64,000 nt of DNA, taken from the NCBI RefSeq assembly GCF_031769215.1, contig NW_026782241.1, positions 124,001 to 188,000 of the forward strand, written 5' to 3'. Below the pieces are notes generated by a model that saw nothing but the letters and a program-made list of their open reading frames with translations, had not been told where the DNA came from and did not search any database. The stretch comes from Ylistrum balloti (lineage: Eukaryota). The position numbers and the translations under genes were made by a program. Of the stretch, positions 39,895-53,299 are shown piece by piece; the stretch's first letter is position 1; each line of letters opens with the position of its first letter.

Positions 39895-41030
39895 TCATTT
39901 GATAACTTGGACAGAAGATCGATGTATGTCACCACAAATGCTTTGAATTTTTCTGATTGCTGCTTGATTTCAAAATATGGTGACCTATATCCCTGTAGAG
40001 GTGTTCCAAACTTCACTTCCGTCCTCAAAAAGCGACTCTTGTGAAAAGTTTTGTTAACATGGGGATCAACAAAGTAATAGGACTTATCTGATGTGAATGC
40101 CCATCGTAAGCCTTCACTGATGTTTCTAATAAGTGTCTCACCAAGACCGTCAAACAAAGGCCTGTTGTGATCATCCAACGAAGGGTAAAAGAAAGACATA
40201 AGAGAATTTAGCGGTGCGCATGAGTTCTGGGCGCGGACAGCAGGATCCATACGAGCTATAAAATAGTCTTTAAAACAGAAGTTGTAAAAATTTGGATGCT
40301 TTATGATCTTTTGTTCAATATCATGTATCATCTCCAGTCTTTCCTTTGTAAATATGTTGTCGTCCTCCTCACCTTTAGCCATAAAAACAACCTGCATCTT
40401 CCACTGTGCATGGTATTGATGCGCCATGATGCTAAATGAATCAGACGCTGAACGTTTTGATACACCAGGAATAAGATCATGGGTTCCATCTCTTGATGAT
40501 TTATGATTCCACAAAGGTTTGTTAGATTGTACCAAGTCACTTTCTCCACCATTGCTAAATGACCTGGGAGATCTCTTGTGCTTCTGGAAAAAAAGACTAC
40601 TACAGCTGTTAAAGTGAATGGAATGCTTGCTACTGTTTTGTTGTGCTGCACTTTGAAATGCATCATAGTTAATGGAGGCAGGATGGTTTGGGATTGTGAA
40701 GGCATGGATGGATTTGTCTATAACTGGCGTAGGCTGAAGTACAAACATACTGTAATAAAACAAGGCCGCACATACAGCTGGAGTTATAATCAACAGTCCT
40801 ACTGACACCAGCAATCCTATAACAGATGCTTCACGATTCTTTCCTACTTTCTTATTACAACAGCTGTCTTCACAAGATAGATTACATTTTAATTTCTGAA
40901 TACAGCTGAGTTGACCAGTTACAACAGTTGTCTCCCTTGGTACTGGTTCTGTGGAATCGTCACAATAGTCATCCAGTGGAAGCTGGTTGTACTGGACAGT
41001 GTCCCCACAGGATGTCAGCAGGCACGACAT
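39895..41030 (-). CDS. DISP3: DISP3 coding exon 1 (ATG at 41030; N-terminus, TM1, extracellular domain 1)
   Basis: MSCLLTSCG...HAQWKMQVVFMAKG...NIFTKERLEMIHDIEQKII...FVVTYIDLLSKLSN. Acceptor ttacag ends just upstream of 41043. Phase-2 donor GA|gtaagt after 39895. The start codon is inferred. Confidence 0.9.
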
Positions 41031-42532
41031 CCTGGTACTTCAGCTGTAACGTTACAAGACAATGTGGTAAAAAGTTGAATATCTTCACTCATATTTAGAT
41101 CAATATCTAGCTAAGTGTATGTATATATACTGACAAGACAAAACTATGATAATATATTCAGTGTTTCAGCTAAGATTCTAAAAAGGCAGGGTACATGAAG
41201 AAATAAAGCTAGGTAGCTTTTCGTGGCAAATAGGAATTAAAGGGCATTTCTAAACTGTGTGCTATTTTCAGACAATGCAAATGTATTCATTATGTATAGC
41301 ATTTGCATTAATCATATTTCTGTTATAACATGTTTCACTTTATTTAATAACATTTTCTTCACATTGGTAGTGACAATAGAATAGCCACAAGATAAGAGTG
41401 TGACATTTCAATGATTACACAGTCACACTCTAATCTTCTACTGTTTGTGTTATAAGAACTTCTATTCTATGTTTTTTTCCATTTTAAGGTGTATCATATC
41501 ACTTTAAATTATGTTTTTCATACCGTTTTGATGAGATTTTGATCTTTGTTTTTCATTTTCAATTATCATTTATCATATACATGAGCTTGTCAATTAAAAT
41601 AAAATGTAAGATGAGAGAGTGCATTGTGTCTACATGTGCATTCCCTTACAAAGCACAAATGTAATATCATGGACATGGCTGCTCTAAAAATTAAAATTAG
41701 TCATTGACATTTAAGAAGTACAGGAGGTAAAAGTGATTATCTGCTTGTTTTTTCTTCTGATTTTAACGTTTAAATCTGACTTATTCATTTCAAAACTTTG
41801 TCATGTTTGATGACGATAAGTAAACTTTGTGATTCTGTTATAGTTTGTCTGGTTCTCTTTCGTGTACAAGACATTGCTTCATTTGACTGACCACGATTTA
41901 CACCACTGTGTCACTGATGCCGAAGCTGATCATGATTTACCCTTACAGAACCGTTACAAATGGTGTTTTTCTACTTATACCTTTTCAAGTGTCACTGCGT
42001 AAATCTTTCTTTTGTTCCTATCTCGCCATAATTCCATAAATCTGAGGTTGAAATGCGATTCTGTCTGCAAGTCAGTAGAATTATCTGTGGATCTGTGATT
42101 GTAATGATTTTACGTCCTCGAAATGTCCGGGATGTTTAAATGTTAACATGAAGGCACTTCATATTCAATAAAATGTCCATGTCCTTGATGGCAAGACAAA
42201 AAATCACGACTGTCAAAACACCAGCCTCCTCTAGCTCTGCTGAAAACGTCGTCTGATCGACGATCGAAGTCTCAACGCCAATTTAACTCACATTAAGCAG
42301 GAAAAACTATTTCTTCCCTCTGGTCGAGGGTTAAATGAAACATTAGTCCTATACACCCGTTCTTATCAGTTTAGCAAAGCGGATGTTCTAACGTATGTGT
42401 TGGTATGTAGCCTATATCAAAAAATAACACATGAATTTCACGTCCCCTGTTCGGATATGTACCTGCAAAGTTTAACTGACTGAGAAACTCCGAAAGAGAA
42501 CACAATAAAACTAGTAAATATTGTATACTCAC

Positions 42533-42589
42533 GAATTTATCAGACGTAGATATGGTCTGCTATATTCATTATGTTGTTGTGACGATCCT
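42533..42589 (-). other. DISP3: Probable non-coding first exon of DISP3
   Basis: Donor TTC|gtgagt after 42533. Initiator-like TCA at 42591-42589, about 30 nt from a TATA-like element. Would splice to the acceptor just before 41043. Confidence 0.5.
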
Positions 42590-42613
42590 GATGTGTTTTG
42601 TTTTTGTTCGGGA

Positions 42614-42631
42614 GTATATAAGTCACGTGAT
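42614..42631 (-). promoter_or_regulatory. Putative DISP3 core promoter: TATA-like TATATA next to a palindromic E-box (ATCACGTGAC on the minus strand)
   Basis: Plus-strand gtatataagtcacgtgat. Spacing to the putative initiator fits a core promoter. Confidence 0.45.
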
Positions 42632-43234
42632 CGATCAGGGGGAGATTACTCTAACGGGGATTAACCGAAAGTGAGATCAGCTGATCTGGGTTACTGGCAT
42701 TCGGGATTAATGAAGAGTAATTATCATGTGTATTATTTACATGTAAGATTCTTGATACACGTGGTCATATATTGTCAATGCATATTTAATTGTTAAATAT
42801 AAACTATATTAACTTCGAAGACACCTACATAAAATATTTGAAGTATGTGCTGCAATGTATTAAAATTATTAACATTACGTCCTTTATTCTGTTTATTCAT
42901 GTATATTAACGTGAAAACAGATTTCTTTGAAATTTATTGATAATTGATGTACTTGTAGTACGGAACTGCATAAGTTTTTAGTTTTATCGTTGCACTCTGG
43001 GGGCGTGGGGGAAGTAAAAAGCATATACATAAGCTAAGTTTATGATAGCGAGAATGAAATGCGCATAAAGGCCTCATAAGCTACATTTTATGTATAAGTT
43101 GATAATCTGTATATACTATTACCTAGATTCTAATAGCTTATCATATATACTATATAATATGTAAAGGGGGGCTTATTAATGTTTAAATGTATATTCAGTT
43201 TATATTTTAGGGGTCAAGCCACCTTAATATACAG

Positions 43235-44625
43235 TATGGATGTATCATATATTTTAGTGTTGTGTATTACGTCATGTCAATTAAGTATGCATGTTTTGAC
43301 ACCTGACTGAAGACGAAAACTTAATCTATTGCGTGCCTTTAAATTTAAAATTGATCGTTCATCCCTCCAACAAATGTATTTTTCTTTCATCCGTCCAATC
43401 TTGGAATACGGAGACGTTATTTGGGACAATATGTCTATTGCCCAAGAACAAGTCATTGAAAACATCCAATTAGAAGCAGCACGCATTGTGACGGGTGCAA
43501 CCAAACTTACCAGCATTTTAAAACTTTACAATGAGACAGGATGGGATCCACTTAAAACTAGAAGAAACTATCATAAAATTATCCAGCTCCATAAAATGGT
43601 CCATAGCAAAACACCGCCATATTTACAAGATATACTTCCTCAGAGACACTCCAATATACACGGTCACAATACTAGAGAAGCCAATAACTTTCTTCCAATT
43701 CGCTGCAGAACAAATACATATAAAAAGTCCTTCTTACCTTCAACAATCCACCTTTGGAATGATCTCCCTGCTGCTATTAAAAATATTCCCTCTCTTTCAA
43801 AATTAAAATTGTATTTAAGTGCCAATGCTACTTCAGTGCCAACATATTATTTTGCTGGAACTAGACTTGGACAAATCTACCATGCTAGATTGCGTATGGA
43901 ATGTAGTTCCCTAAATGACCATTTATTTAAGAAAAAAATTGTTGAATCTCCGTTGTGTAGTTGTAGGTTATCAAATGAAACCGTCGAACATTATCCTTTA
44001 TATTGTACCAAATATAGTAACATTAGACAAGACTGTTTTGCTACTTTACCTTTACAAATAACCTTGGATACTTTAGTTTATGGAAACACTAACTTACCGA
44101 GAAATACCAACGAAATAGTATTTCAAAGTGTTCAAAATTACATTTTACGCACTAAAAGATTTGAATGATTGTTACATTATTTTTGTATGATAATTAAATA
44201 TTTATATACATATAGTATCAGTATCGGCGCGTCACCAGCTGGTTGAATATCCATCCGACATACGTCTACTTACTAACTCCTTTCCTTGATCTCCTACTCT
44301 CTCTACCCCTCTACTCTGAACTGATAACATGATTTCTCTTGTTTTTCGATATCCATATGACGTTATTTCTTTAAACATTAATAAATGCTTACAGTGCTGT
44401 TAAGTAGAATCACATCAAGGAGACAGATTTATATAAGTGTTCATCACTTGTTTCTGAATCCTTTTCTTTTGTATACCTAAGTACTCTGTAATATGTTATG
44501 TAATAAGAAAGAAATAAAGTTTAAACTAATGTACAGTGTACGTATATATGGATGTATCATATATTTTAGTGTTGTGTATTACGTCATGTCAATTAAGTAT
44601 GCATGTTTTGACACCTGACTGAAGA
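43235..44625 (+). repeat. Perfect 79-bp direct repeat (43235-43313 and 44547-44625) bracketing the CR1-like LINE
   Basis: Base-by-base comparison shows identity. Confidence 0.95.
43314..44526 (+). mobile_element. 5'-truncated CR1-like LINE (ORF2 C-terminus with Cys/His knuckle, plus 3' UTR)
   Basis: Open frame 43311-44168: FIRPILEYGDVIWDN, IENIQLEAARIVTGA, LYNETGWDPLKTRR, SFLPSTIHLWNDLP, HARLRMECSSLNDHLF, CSC..ETVEHY.LYC. Ends AATAAAGTTTAAAC. Confidence 0.92.
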
Positions 44626-47600
44626 GTGACCAATGACTGGTGTAGGTTGTGACCTCAGACAAGACCTGTTCTATCGGTTTCGATACCCGGGCACTTTCAC
44701 CCGAGACGCACAGACTGCCGGTCACACAGAGATATATTCATTACAAGTGTACATGTATACACGGACCACGCCCGCACATACATTCTGTTCCGCATTTAAC
44801 ATGAATTGGGAACCTCTGCACCACGTTTGTAGGGGTTCTTCTTGTTATCTTCCTACATGCAATAAAATGCCTAGAGAATCCACCCAGGGTCTTGAGTTAC
44901 GATTGGAAAACCAATAACTGTAACACGTATATGACCACGAAATTCGTTGATGTCCAAGATACATATGTATTTCACATAAAGATTGCATTTCGTAAACTAT
45001 ATCCCATTTAGAATACGTCAGAAATACGGTTGTCATTCATTGTAGAAACTCAAATTAAGCTATGAATATATTACTGCCTGTTACAAACGAATATACAAAA
45101 AACTTTAAGTTCCTTTTTTGAAAATTCAAAATAAAGCTAGCCTTTAAGATCAGAAGGACTGAGCTAAAAGTTCAGACGTTGGAGTTAAATAATGAGTGAA
45201 ATATCCGTGACTGTAGACTAAATCAAAAGTATACTTGTACGAAAGCACTATATTATTAAGCTTTTTAGAACAATTTCACAAAAAATCCGCAATCCAGAAA
45301 AAATATGAATGACGAAAAACCGTACCTAATTCAGGAGATTAGATCTTGTGTGATACTAGCACAGCTATAACACACGGGAAAACTTATAAAACAGAAGTTT
45401 TTTTATATATAATGGAGGAAATCATGGTATTATATAAAATCTCAATACAAACACTGCATATGAGATAACCTTTACTACCCTCAAATTTTTGAATTGACAT
45501 GAAACATTGGTTCGGTCTACTGGGCGATTCTAGTCTAGTAAGATATAAAAAGATAACTGATTGATATCCGTCTGGTCATGTTTGATAACCCCGTAGTAAG
45601 GTCACCTGACAATACATAGTGACATATAGATATATGTAAATGTATAGACCATGTTTACAACTTGCAATGCGTGTAGCAAATCGTCTTAGTTATATCAGCT
45701 GGTTGTTTCAGTTTCCTTGTGAATATTGTATTTCATTGTAATAATTCATATCACATGATGTTCACGTGTTAAGTCACATCTAACACAAAACCGTAGATTT
45801 CTACTTTTTCATGAATCCGAAAGTGATGAAGACTGCGATTTTAACAATGTGCCTTTAACTTTAATTTGACTTAGCTAAGCAGAAACTTTTTTATACCTTC
45901 GCAGCACACCTGGTCTTATTTCCTGGGACATTTTCAATGGTCTCTGAACAAATCTCTATTTTTGTGCATACTTTGTCCCCGTTTCATTTGTTTTTTAATT
46001 CAATTAAGGTTTTCTCTACTCACCTGTATCTTCTTGTTGGTATTAATTTCAGTTACATGCTGGTGGCCTTGTAATGCTATTTTTAAACTACGATGTCACA
46101 CTTTTATGATGTCTACCTGTATTTTTCGTATGTCCTGTACTCCATAAGGATGTTTATGAGCAGACACTGTCGAGTTCGAACTAGATCTGTCAGTTACATA
46201 TTACAGATAGACACGATCATAGTGACCCACGGACGCAACATGTACTCAGTTGATCTCTCAGAAATTACCAGTGCAAAAGGATGCAAACATAACGTTTCCT
46301 CCAAACGTTTTTCAGCTTAATTGCATAATTTTAAAATTTAACAAAGAAGTTCAAAATAAGTCTAAAATAAAATATCAGTACATAAAAACTATTGGACAGT
46401 AAGTTAATGTTTTGGCCAGTGTGATCCCGAACACTGGTACATACAGTCAGTTAGAATAACAAAAAGAATCTAACGAATTTAACAGTAATTTCCACTTTGA
46501 TATGGTAACAGTTTACATACCTGCGATACATTAATTCAGTGAAATAGACCGTCAGACTGATTATCAGTGTTCACAGATTTCAGGAAAATTCTTCCTGCCT
46601 TTCACTGTCCGGGTCATTCACACTCTTAATGTTTACCTTAAATTTTATGACATCCTGTTGTATGTAAATCACGTGATGATACTCCATGTATTGGGGATGG
46701 TAAAATATTAATGACAAGCACATGTTATTGACCAATTTCGTGGAAATAGCATATGATGTGCTCGCCTCACCCCCTTTTTAAATTTTCATTTCACTGCATA
46801 TCGTGAAATTCGATAAGTTTTCAATACGGCAATAACGTTTTCCCTGTGGTACGTTTATCGCTGTTTTGAATGTGTCTGTTTGACAAACAGTATATGGATT
46901 TTTTTCAAGAGGTTGTTTAAGTGTTTGAGTTACTAAATATTGGTTCACACCGGCAGGGTAAACAACTCTGGTAAACATATCACTGGAAATTTTATAACTG
47001 TACTTCATTTTGTACGTTATATCTAGATGTCACGGAAACTCTTAACACACACGGATATCGTTATCTTAACATGGACTTTTATTATTTTATTCAGTTATTC
47101 AGAAGCGCCGGTTCTGTACACAGTCTATAATATCATTTCATAATTGTAGGCGTTCTCCACAGGATTGATATACATGTATTTGCCGCGAATAACGTAGTAA
47201 GGAATGAGTTATGGTACACATTTCATGATGTAGAAAATATATCATATGAATTTCGTGTGAAAGAATACATGACAAAACAAAATACAAAGGGAACTATATC
47301 AAACTTTAAACTTGACCATTTTAAATAATATTTGATATCTTGTGGTATTTTTAAAGCTCAGTTTCATATTAGATATGTCTTAATATACATATATTTACGT
47401 TACTTATATGCGTATAAGCTGTAAGAATGAATGTTAATATTTTCCCCACAGATCTGGAGCTGACGTATGTGCATACGGAAGTATCCATTCGTTCCATTGA
47501 TTTTAGACAATTAGTATTAACAGTGATCTCTCGAGACCAACAGCTAGTATATCTTATATCTCGGCAATGGTAGGCCGGATATAATCTCCGATGTCATTTT

Positions 47601-48498
47601 ATGTCATAGTTCATGAAAAATGAAGATAAACGATTTAAACTTACAATTGTACGTCAATGAATTACATATTTCCATGTTTATAGTATAAGTATGTGTCACG
47701 TGCAGTATATTAATTATTTGTAATTTTATTTATTGAGAAGAGTTCATAAGTTGTTAGAACTTGTCTCTGATCCATTCATCAGCTACAGAAAATAAAATGT
47801 GTTTAAATCAAGGATTCTATGAATACATACATAAATTTAAGTCAGTTTCAACCCATTATTACGCAATAGACATATAAACGATAAATTCATAGTTATTTGT
47901 TTGAAGTCTACAAAGGTTACCTCCCTTGAATACCATCTTCAATGATTTGTAAGTTGTCCATGTTATCACGGATCAACATCTACTAATTACATTTTTACCG
48001 ATGAAATACACTGTAAAGGAATTGATCAGTATTGTTATCACTAGTGATGAAATTTGCAGTCCAGGTTTCTGATCCCTGCATTGAAATTCGCCCTTTTTTC
48101 TTCTTCAGACGCAAACGAAGGGGAAGTTGAATTAATTGGTTTTCCTTTAAAGCATTTCTGGTTTTCCCTAAGTTAGTGAATTAAACTGTTCTGTACGCGA
48201 TTCTTACAAGATAACAGCATAAAAACGGTAGAATACCACTTAAACTGCGGCCAAATCAACATGGCGTTTTCTGGTTTTCAATCGTAACGTCAAACAATCC
48301 GACGTCAAAGAAACTGATATTGACTTCTTGATCATCACTTTGTTTTATGTTTGGACCGGCAATTAATATAACGAAATGAAAAGTAATGGTTTCTCGTATG
48401 ACAATATATCTATATTTTGTTTTTGCACCTGTTTTTTGCAATTGAAAAAGAATAAAAAATATTCTGTCATATTTGTGATATACTGCGGAACTCGTTTA

Positions 48499-48694
48499 CT
48501 GACATGCTTCATACTTATTTTTTTTTTCGAGATAATATTTCGTTAAGAAGAAATATTTCGAGAAAACGTAATACGATTTTTTAAAACAAAATATCATTTC
48601 GAAAAAAACGAAATACCATTTCGTTAAAACGAATTGATAATTCGATATAACGAAAAACGAGAAAACGAAATAAAATAAGTTTGAAGCTTGTCAG
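48499..48694. mobile_element. MITE of about 200 bp with imperfect TIRs, flanked by TA
   Basis: CTGACATGCTTCATACTTATTTT versus AAAATAAGTTTGAAGCTTGTCAG (2 mismatches). Confidence 0.65.
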
Positions 48695-50119
48695 TAAATG
48701 GTATAGAATAAATACAGCCCGATAGCATACACCCGGGAAATCAATTACGCCATTTACCATTTATTCCATGTTAATGCTATATGCCAATATCAAACATTTA
48801 AATGTCTTATAAAGCATTAATTGTAAATCTTATCTTATTTTCACGTTGTTCTAATATTATCTGATATATGAAAAGAACCCAATTTATTTAATTATGGGGC
48901 TTGTGCACCTTCCCGTCTTGATTTTTCACTTTTCTTTCGATCACCTTTGATTTTCATCAGTTGCCTCCTAGGCTTCTGAAGATAGGCCCTTATCATCACT
49001 GTGAAGTCCTAGAAGGACGAAACAGCTGTATAGTGCAGTTTGATTGTTTGACTCTATTGTATTTAATTCTAAATTTGTATTAAAAGATGTTATTCACTTG
49101 TGTGTCTTTTGTACAATCCTTAAATGTTTAAAATGAGTGACCCCTGTTTTTATAAAATTGTTTTTTGTTAAATGCCTTAGAATCAATTTGTTTACTGTTT
49201 TAGTGAAGATTCGACGTATTTACTAAGAAATTCCTACAGCAACAATAGACGACACTATTGCGGATTTATTTCAGGAAGTAGTATACACATGGTGAAGTCG
49301 GTCAGCTTGCTAAAACAATTTCTCCTGTAAAAATGAATTATGGTTAAGAAACATTCATAGCCCATACGATTTATCTAAATACACTGTATAGTAACCTATA
49401 AATAATGCACGTGACACTTATCGTCAACAGAGGTCAACTGTGTCCCGAGAGACTGCTTATAATCTATGTCTTGCCGGTAAACAAATACTATTCTGACATA
49501 TCATTTAACTCGCCTGGGCACCATTAGTTGACAGTACAAATCGCCAGCTTGACCTTTCATGTCCACCTCAGGACAGGTATGCAGCCTTACATGTATTCGG
49601 CCATGTCTGCTGTAATTGAGGGTGTACTCTTAATACAAAAGGTCCATGCAAGCATTGTGATGAATGACACACAGTCGGAAAATATGTAAACACGATTTAT
49701 CACAAATCATATAGTAGAACTGTTACGTACATGGGAGGGAACAGCCATGTTCTGCTGTTCTAGTGACACAGATTATCTAGGCAGCTTCACCTAATCTTGT
49801 CAGCAAAATACCACTCCCTCTTCGCTGTTCGTTGTTGCAAGTATCTTTGGAATAGAAAAGGATTATTGTGTCGACCATGAACATAACTTTTATGTTTGCA
49901 CGGTACTTGGAGCTCATCAGCTAATGAAATCGGATATGTCATGATTATGAATCTCAGCGAAGGATAACTAAAAGTTGATGCATCCTCTAACATATCGATA
50001 CATGTGATTGGTTCAATATTTTAAAAAAAATCAACATTTATACCGAAAAACAGTTCCGTGACAGAATTATGATTAATCTAGCGATAAAAAGATTTCCACA
50101 GTGTCACAGAAGAGTGGAA

Positions 50120-50610
50120 AAATCATACCGACAAAAAACTGCTTCTAAAACCAACACATCCCGACAAAAAACTGCTTCTAAAACCAACACACCCCGACAA
50201 AAAACTGCTTCTAAAACCAACACACCCCGACAAAAAACTGCTTCTTAAACCAACTCACCCCGGCAAAAAACTGCTTCTTAAACCAACTCACCCCGACAAA
50301 AAACTGCTTCTTAAACCACAACACACAAAAAAACAAACCCGGCAAAAAACTGCTTCAAACAGACAAAAAACTGCTTCTTAAACCAACACACCCCTACAAA
50401 AAACTGCTTCTTAAACCAACTCACCCCGACAAAAAACTGCTTCTAAAACCAACTCACCCCGACAAAAAACTGCTTCTTAAACCAACTCACCCCGACAAAA
50501 AACTGCTTCTTAAACCAACTCACCCCGACAAAAAACTGCTTCTAAAACCAACACACCCCGGCAAAAAACTGCTTCTTAAACCAACACACCCCGACAAAAA
50601 ACTGCTTCCC

Positions 50611-50641
<31 letters not shown>

Positions 50642-50910
50642 AATACTACTTCTTAAACAAATACACCCCGTGAAAACCTCGCATCTAAAACCAACATACC
50701 TCGGAAAAAACTGCTTCTGAAACCAACACACGCGTCAAAAACTCGCATCTAAAACCAACACAACCTGGTAAAAAAAAAAACGCATCTTAATTCAACACAA
50801 TTCAACTCACCCTGGTCAAAGAACGCATCTAAATCAACAATAAACTTACTCCGGTCAAAAAACGCATCTAAATCAACACACCCCGGCAAAATGTTGCATC
50901 TGAAACCAAC
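50120..50910. repeat. Minisatellite of about 33 bp (AAAAAACTGCTTCTWAAACCAACWCACCCCGAC), degenerating rightwards, with a poly-C/poly-A run near 50607-50642
   Basis: Direct reading. Confidence 0.92.
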
Positions 50911-52138
50911 ACATGTTAAATTTACAAGTCTTACTATACGTTATGATTCTTACATGATTTGGATTTTTTCGGATGAGATGACTGACCATGTGATCTGGTT
51001 TTACTTTGGCTTTGACAAGTGTTACGAGGTCTGTCTTGACATTTCTAGGTACATTTCACAATAATCAGAATTGTCCTTATTTGTTTATAGAACCTATAGT
51101 AAACGTGTTAAATACCGTAAGTAGTGCAACATGTAAGCTTGAAAGCTTCTGAGAATTTAAGTATAAGAAAGCTTATATAATAATACTTTGCAGATTGTGA
51201 TAGTCTGATGAATTTTATTTTGCCATATTTTTACAGGTAATTTCTTTTTATTTAAGAAAAAGTCAGTGTTGCTTAGCAATAAAACTTTGTGTAATTATGT
51301 TTTCAATACAGAGTATAATTTAAAATGGATAATAACAGGTATTTTATTCAACATTTACTATGCCACTTCTGACTTTTACTGGTAAAATAATTACATGGTG
51401 GGGTAGATGTATTTGATAATCGTGTGTGTGCCTGATTGTTCAATGGTTTTTTGATTGATGCTTGACAACACGGGTGTCGTTGATGAAGCAAAAGACGCTT
51501 ACTCTTCCTGAACACCTTTTTAGAACTTGGGCGTGTAAATCCTCCCTTTGTTAATACTTTTCCATAGATTAATTGAATTTGAGTTTCGATTATGATTCTG
51601 TTCGCATGTAGGCATTTTTCGTTAATATGTTTTTTTATCGTACTCAGCAGTTTGTGAAATTAAAATATATAGTCGATATGAAATTAAAAATTAACGTGCT
51701 GACGGAGATGGAAAACAAGAAAATACATACATTATAGAGAAATAGGAAAACATTCGTAGGAACGGTGACGGAAATTTTAAATTTTACATATTTTTTTATT
51801 TTTGCACAAATTCATACAATCACGCGTAAACCAAATTTCTTTATTAATATTTTTACATATTATTGTGTTTATTGTAACGCGATTTGGAAATAAAACGTTT
51901 TTGTTTGTTTTATAGCTTTTGTTTAAATATTTCAAAACAATAAAACTAAACCACTCTTGTTGTCGTGCCAGTATCAAACAGATCTTAACGGTTGTTCTCT
52001 AGACACATTTCTTGTCTCATATATTTATTTTTCTATTAATTATCTGTCAGACATTACGTTAAAACTACGTTCTCTTCCTCCAATGAAAAACAGGCAAGAT
52101 CCTTAGTTACCTGTTATGGAGTGATGTCCCTATGCAGG

Positions 52139-52146
52139 TATATAAG
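52139..52146 (+). promoter_or_regulatory. TATA box (TATATAAG) of the secreted-protein gene
   Basis: Begins 91 nt upstream of the ATG at 52230, implying a transcription start near 52170 and a 5' UTR of about 60 nt. Confidence 0.55.
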
Positions 52147-52229
52147 TTTCTGGTAAATGATGTACACTGCAGACCCACAGAAAACTTTCAATACAGAACA
52201 GGTATACAGTGTGTTGTTATAGAACCAAG

Positions 52230-52434
52230 ATGTACTCTTCTGTTATCACTGTGACCTGGCTCTGTTCTACCATTCTGTTCGGTGTCTGCCATGGATTTTT
52301 GTTTGGAGATTTGTTCGGAGCAGGAGGAGGCATGGGTGGGGGGATGGGAGGAGGAGGAATGGGAGGAATGGGAGGAGGAGGAATGTTTCAGATGATGGCT
52401 ATGGGAGGAGCTGACAATTATAATTCCATGATGG
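52230..52434 (+). CDS. Exon 1 of an uncharacterised secreted protein: signal peptide plus Gly/Met-rich tract
   Basis: aagATG start; MYSSVITVTWLCSTILFGVCHG|FLFGDLFGAGGGMGGGMGGGGMGGMGGGGMFQMMAMGGADNYNSMM; consensus phase-1 donor G|gtaagt at 52435. Confidence 0.85.
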
Positions 52435-53299
52435 GTAAGTCATGATTTTTTTGTTAATAAAGTTAAAAATGAAAACTTCAAATCAATATCTCTATATAAA
52501 CTAACATTTCCCCTATATATCAATAAGTGACTTTGACGTCATTTGTAATCTTTTTGTTCTCTTGCATGTATAAAGTTATTAATTATTAGCTTTGAGAATG
52601 CAATGTAACCTTCGTAAATATCTCTAGAGGACACAAAAATAACAGTAAAATAGAAAACATTCGTCTAATATCATTACAATGTTCAATGTCTTAAGCGACA
52701 AGGAAGATCAAAAAATAAAAATGAAAAAAAAAAAAAAAAAATCAAAAAATAAATTTGAGAAATAATTAAGACGATTATCAGGAAGCGATCGCTGAGATAA
52801 ACGATGAAATACTACCTAGGTCATTATTTGTAGAACTTGAGACATCAAACACTCGTGGTTGTTTGTATCACTTAGTGGTGTAACTTGTCGACGATATGTA
52901 ACCTTCAACAAATTATCAGGATTATACAAAAGAACAAGGAAATAACTGGTTTCAATGCATATTTAGAATTAACTGCAGTAGAGTCAAATAATGAATACAG
53001 CTCTGAGAAGGGAGAAATACTGAAAAAAATCTACATACATGTGTGGAGATGTACCGATACCATAAAAAGTGCTATTTTACAGGTTATGATAGTAGGAAAA
53101 AGACGATGAATATGTTATATCACAATTAAACAATGATAAAACAATTTTAAAAAATGCACCTAGTACGGTAGGAAATGCACAAGCTTACGGAATATTGTTG
53201 TTGTCAGTACTATCAACACGATCCCGATTGTTAATTTCACATTAAAATCAATTTATCTAGAATAATTGTAATGAGGAAGTTTCTGCTCTTAAAAGTGAG

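Larger units (their letters stand above)
28570..41030 (-). other. DISP3: Gene model: protein dispatched homolog 3 (patched domain-containing 2), 15 coding exons, 3855 nt CDS = 1284 aa + stop
   Basis: All 15 exons join at GT-AG sites with matching phases and no internal stop. Motifs recognised from vertebrate DISP3: QVLYGGT.FDY, GILNGVAAFVI.GIGVDDVFVF, AGKATFFTS.TT.AA.AANVFS, IPAVH.FGLFMSLIV.CCW, P.LFR.DTN.Q.LLDLK.NLS, GWEMG.VEAISLSILVGSSVDYCVHLVEGYLLAG, PF.KFG.IVA.NT.VSI.Y.LTV. The GxxDD and GxxxD motifs of RND/sterol-sensing-domain proteins are intact. Confidence 0.95.

Noticed and set aside
51465-51600. Sequence resembling the terminal repeat of bivalve Penelope-like elements
   Set aside because: Too short and degenerate to support without a library search.
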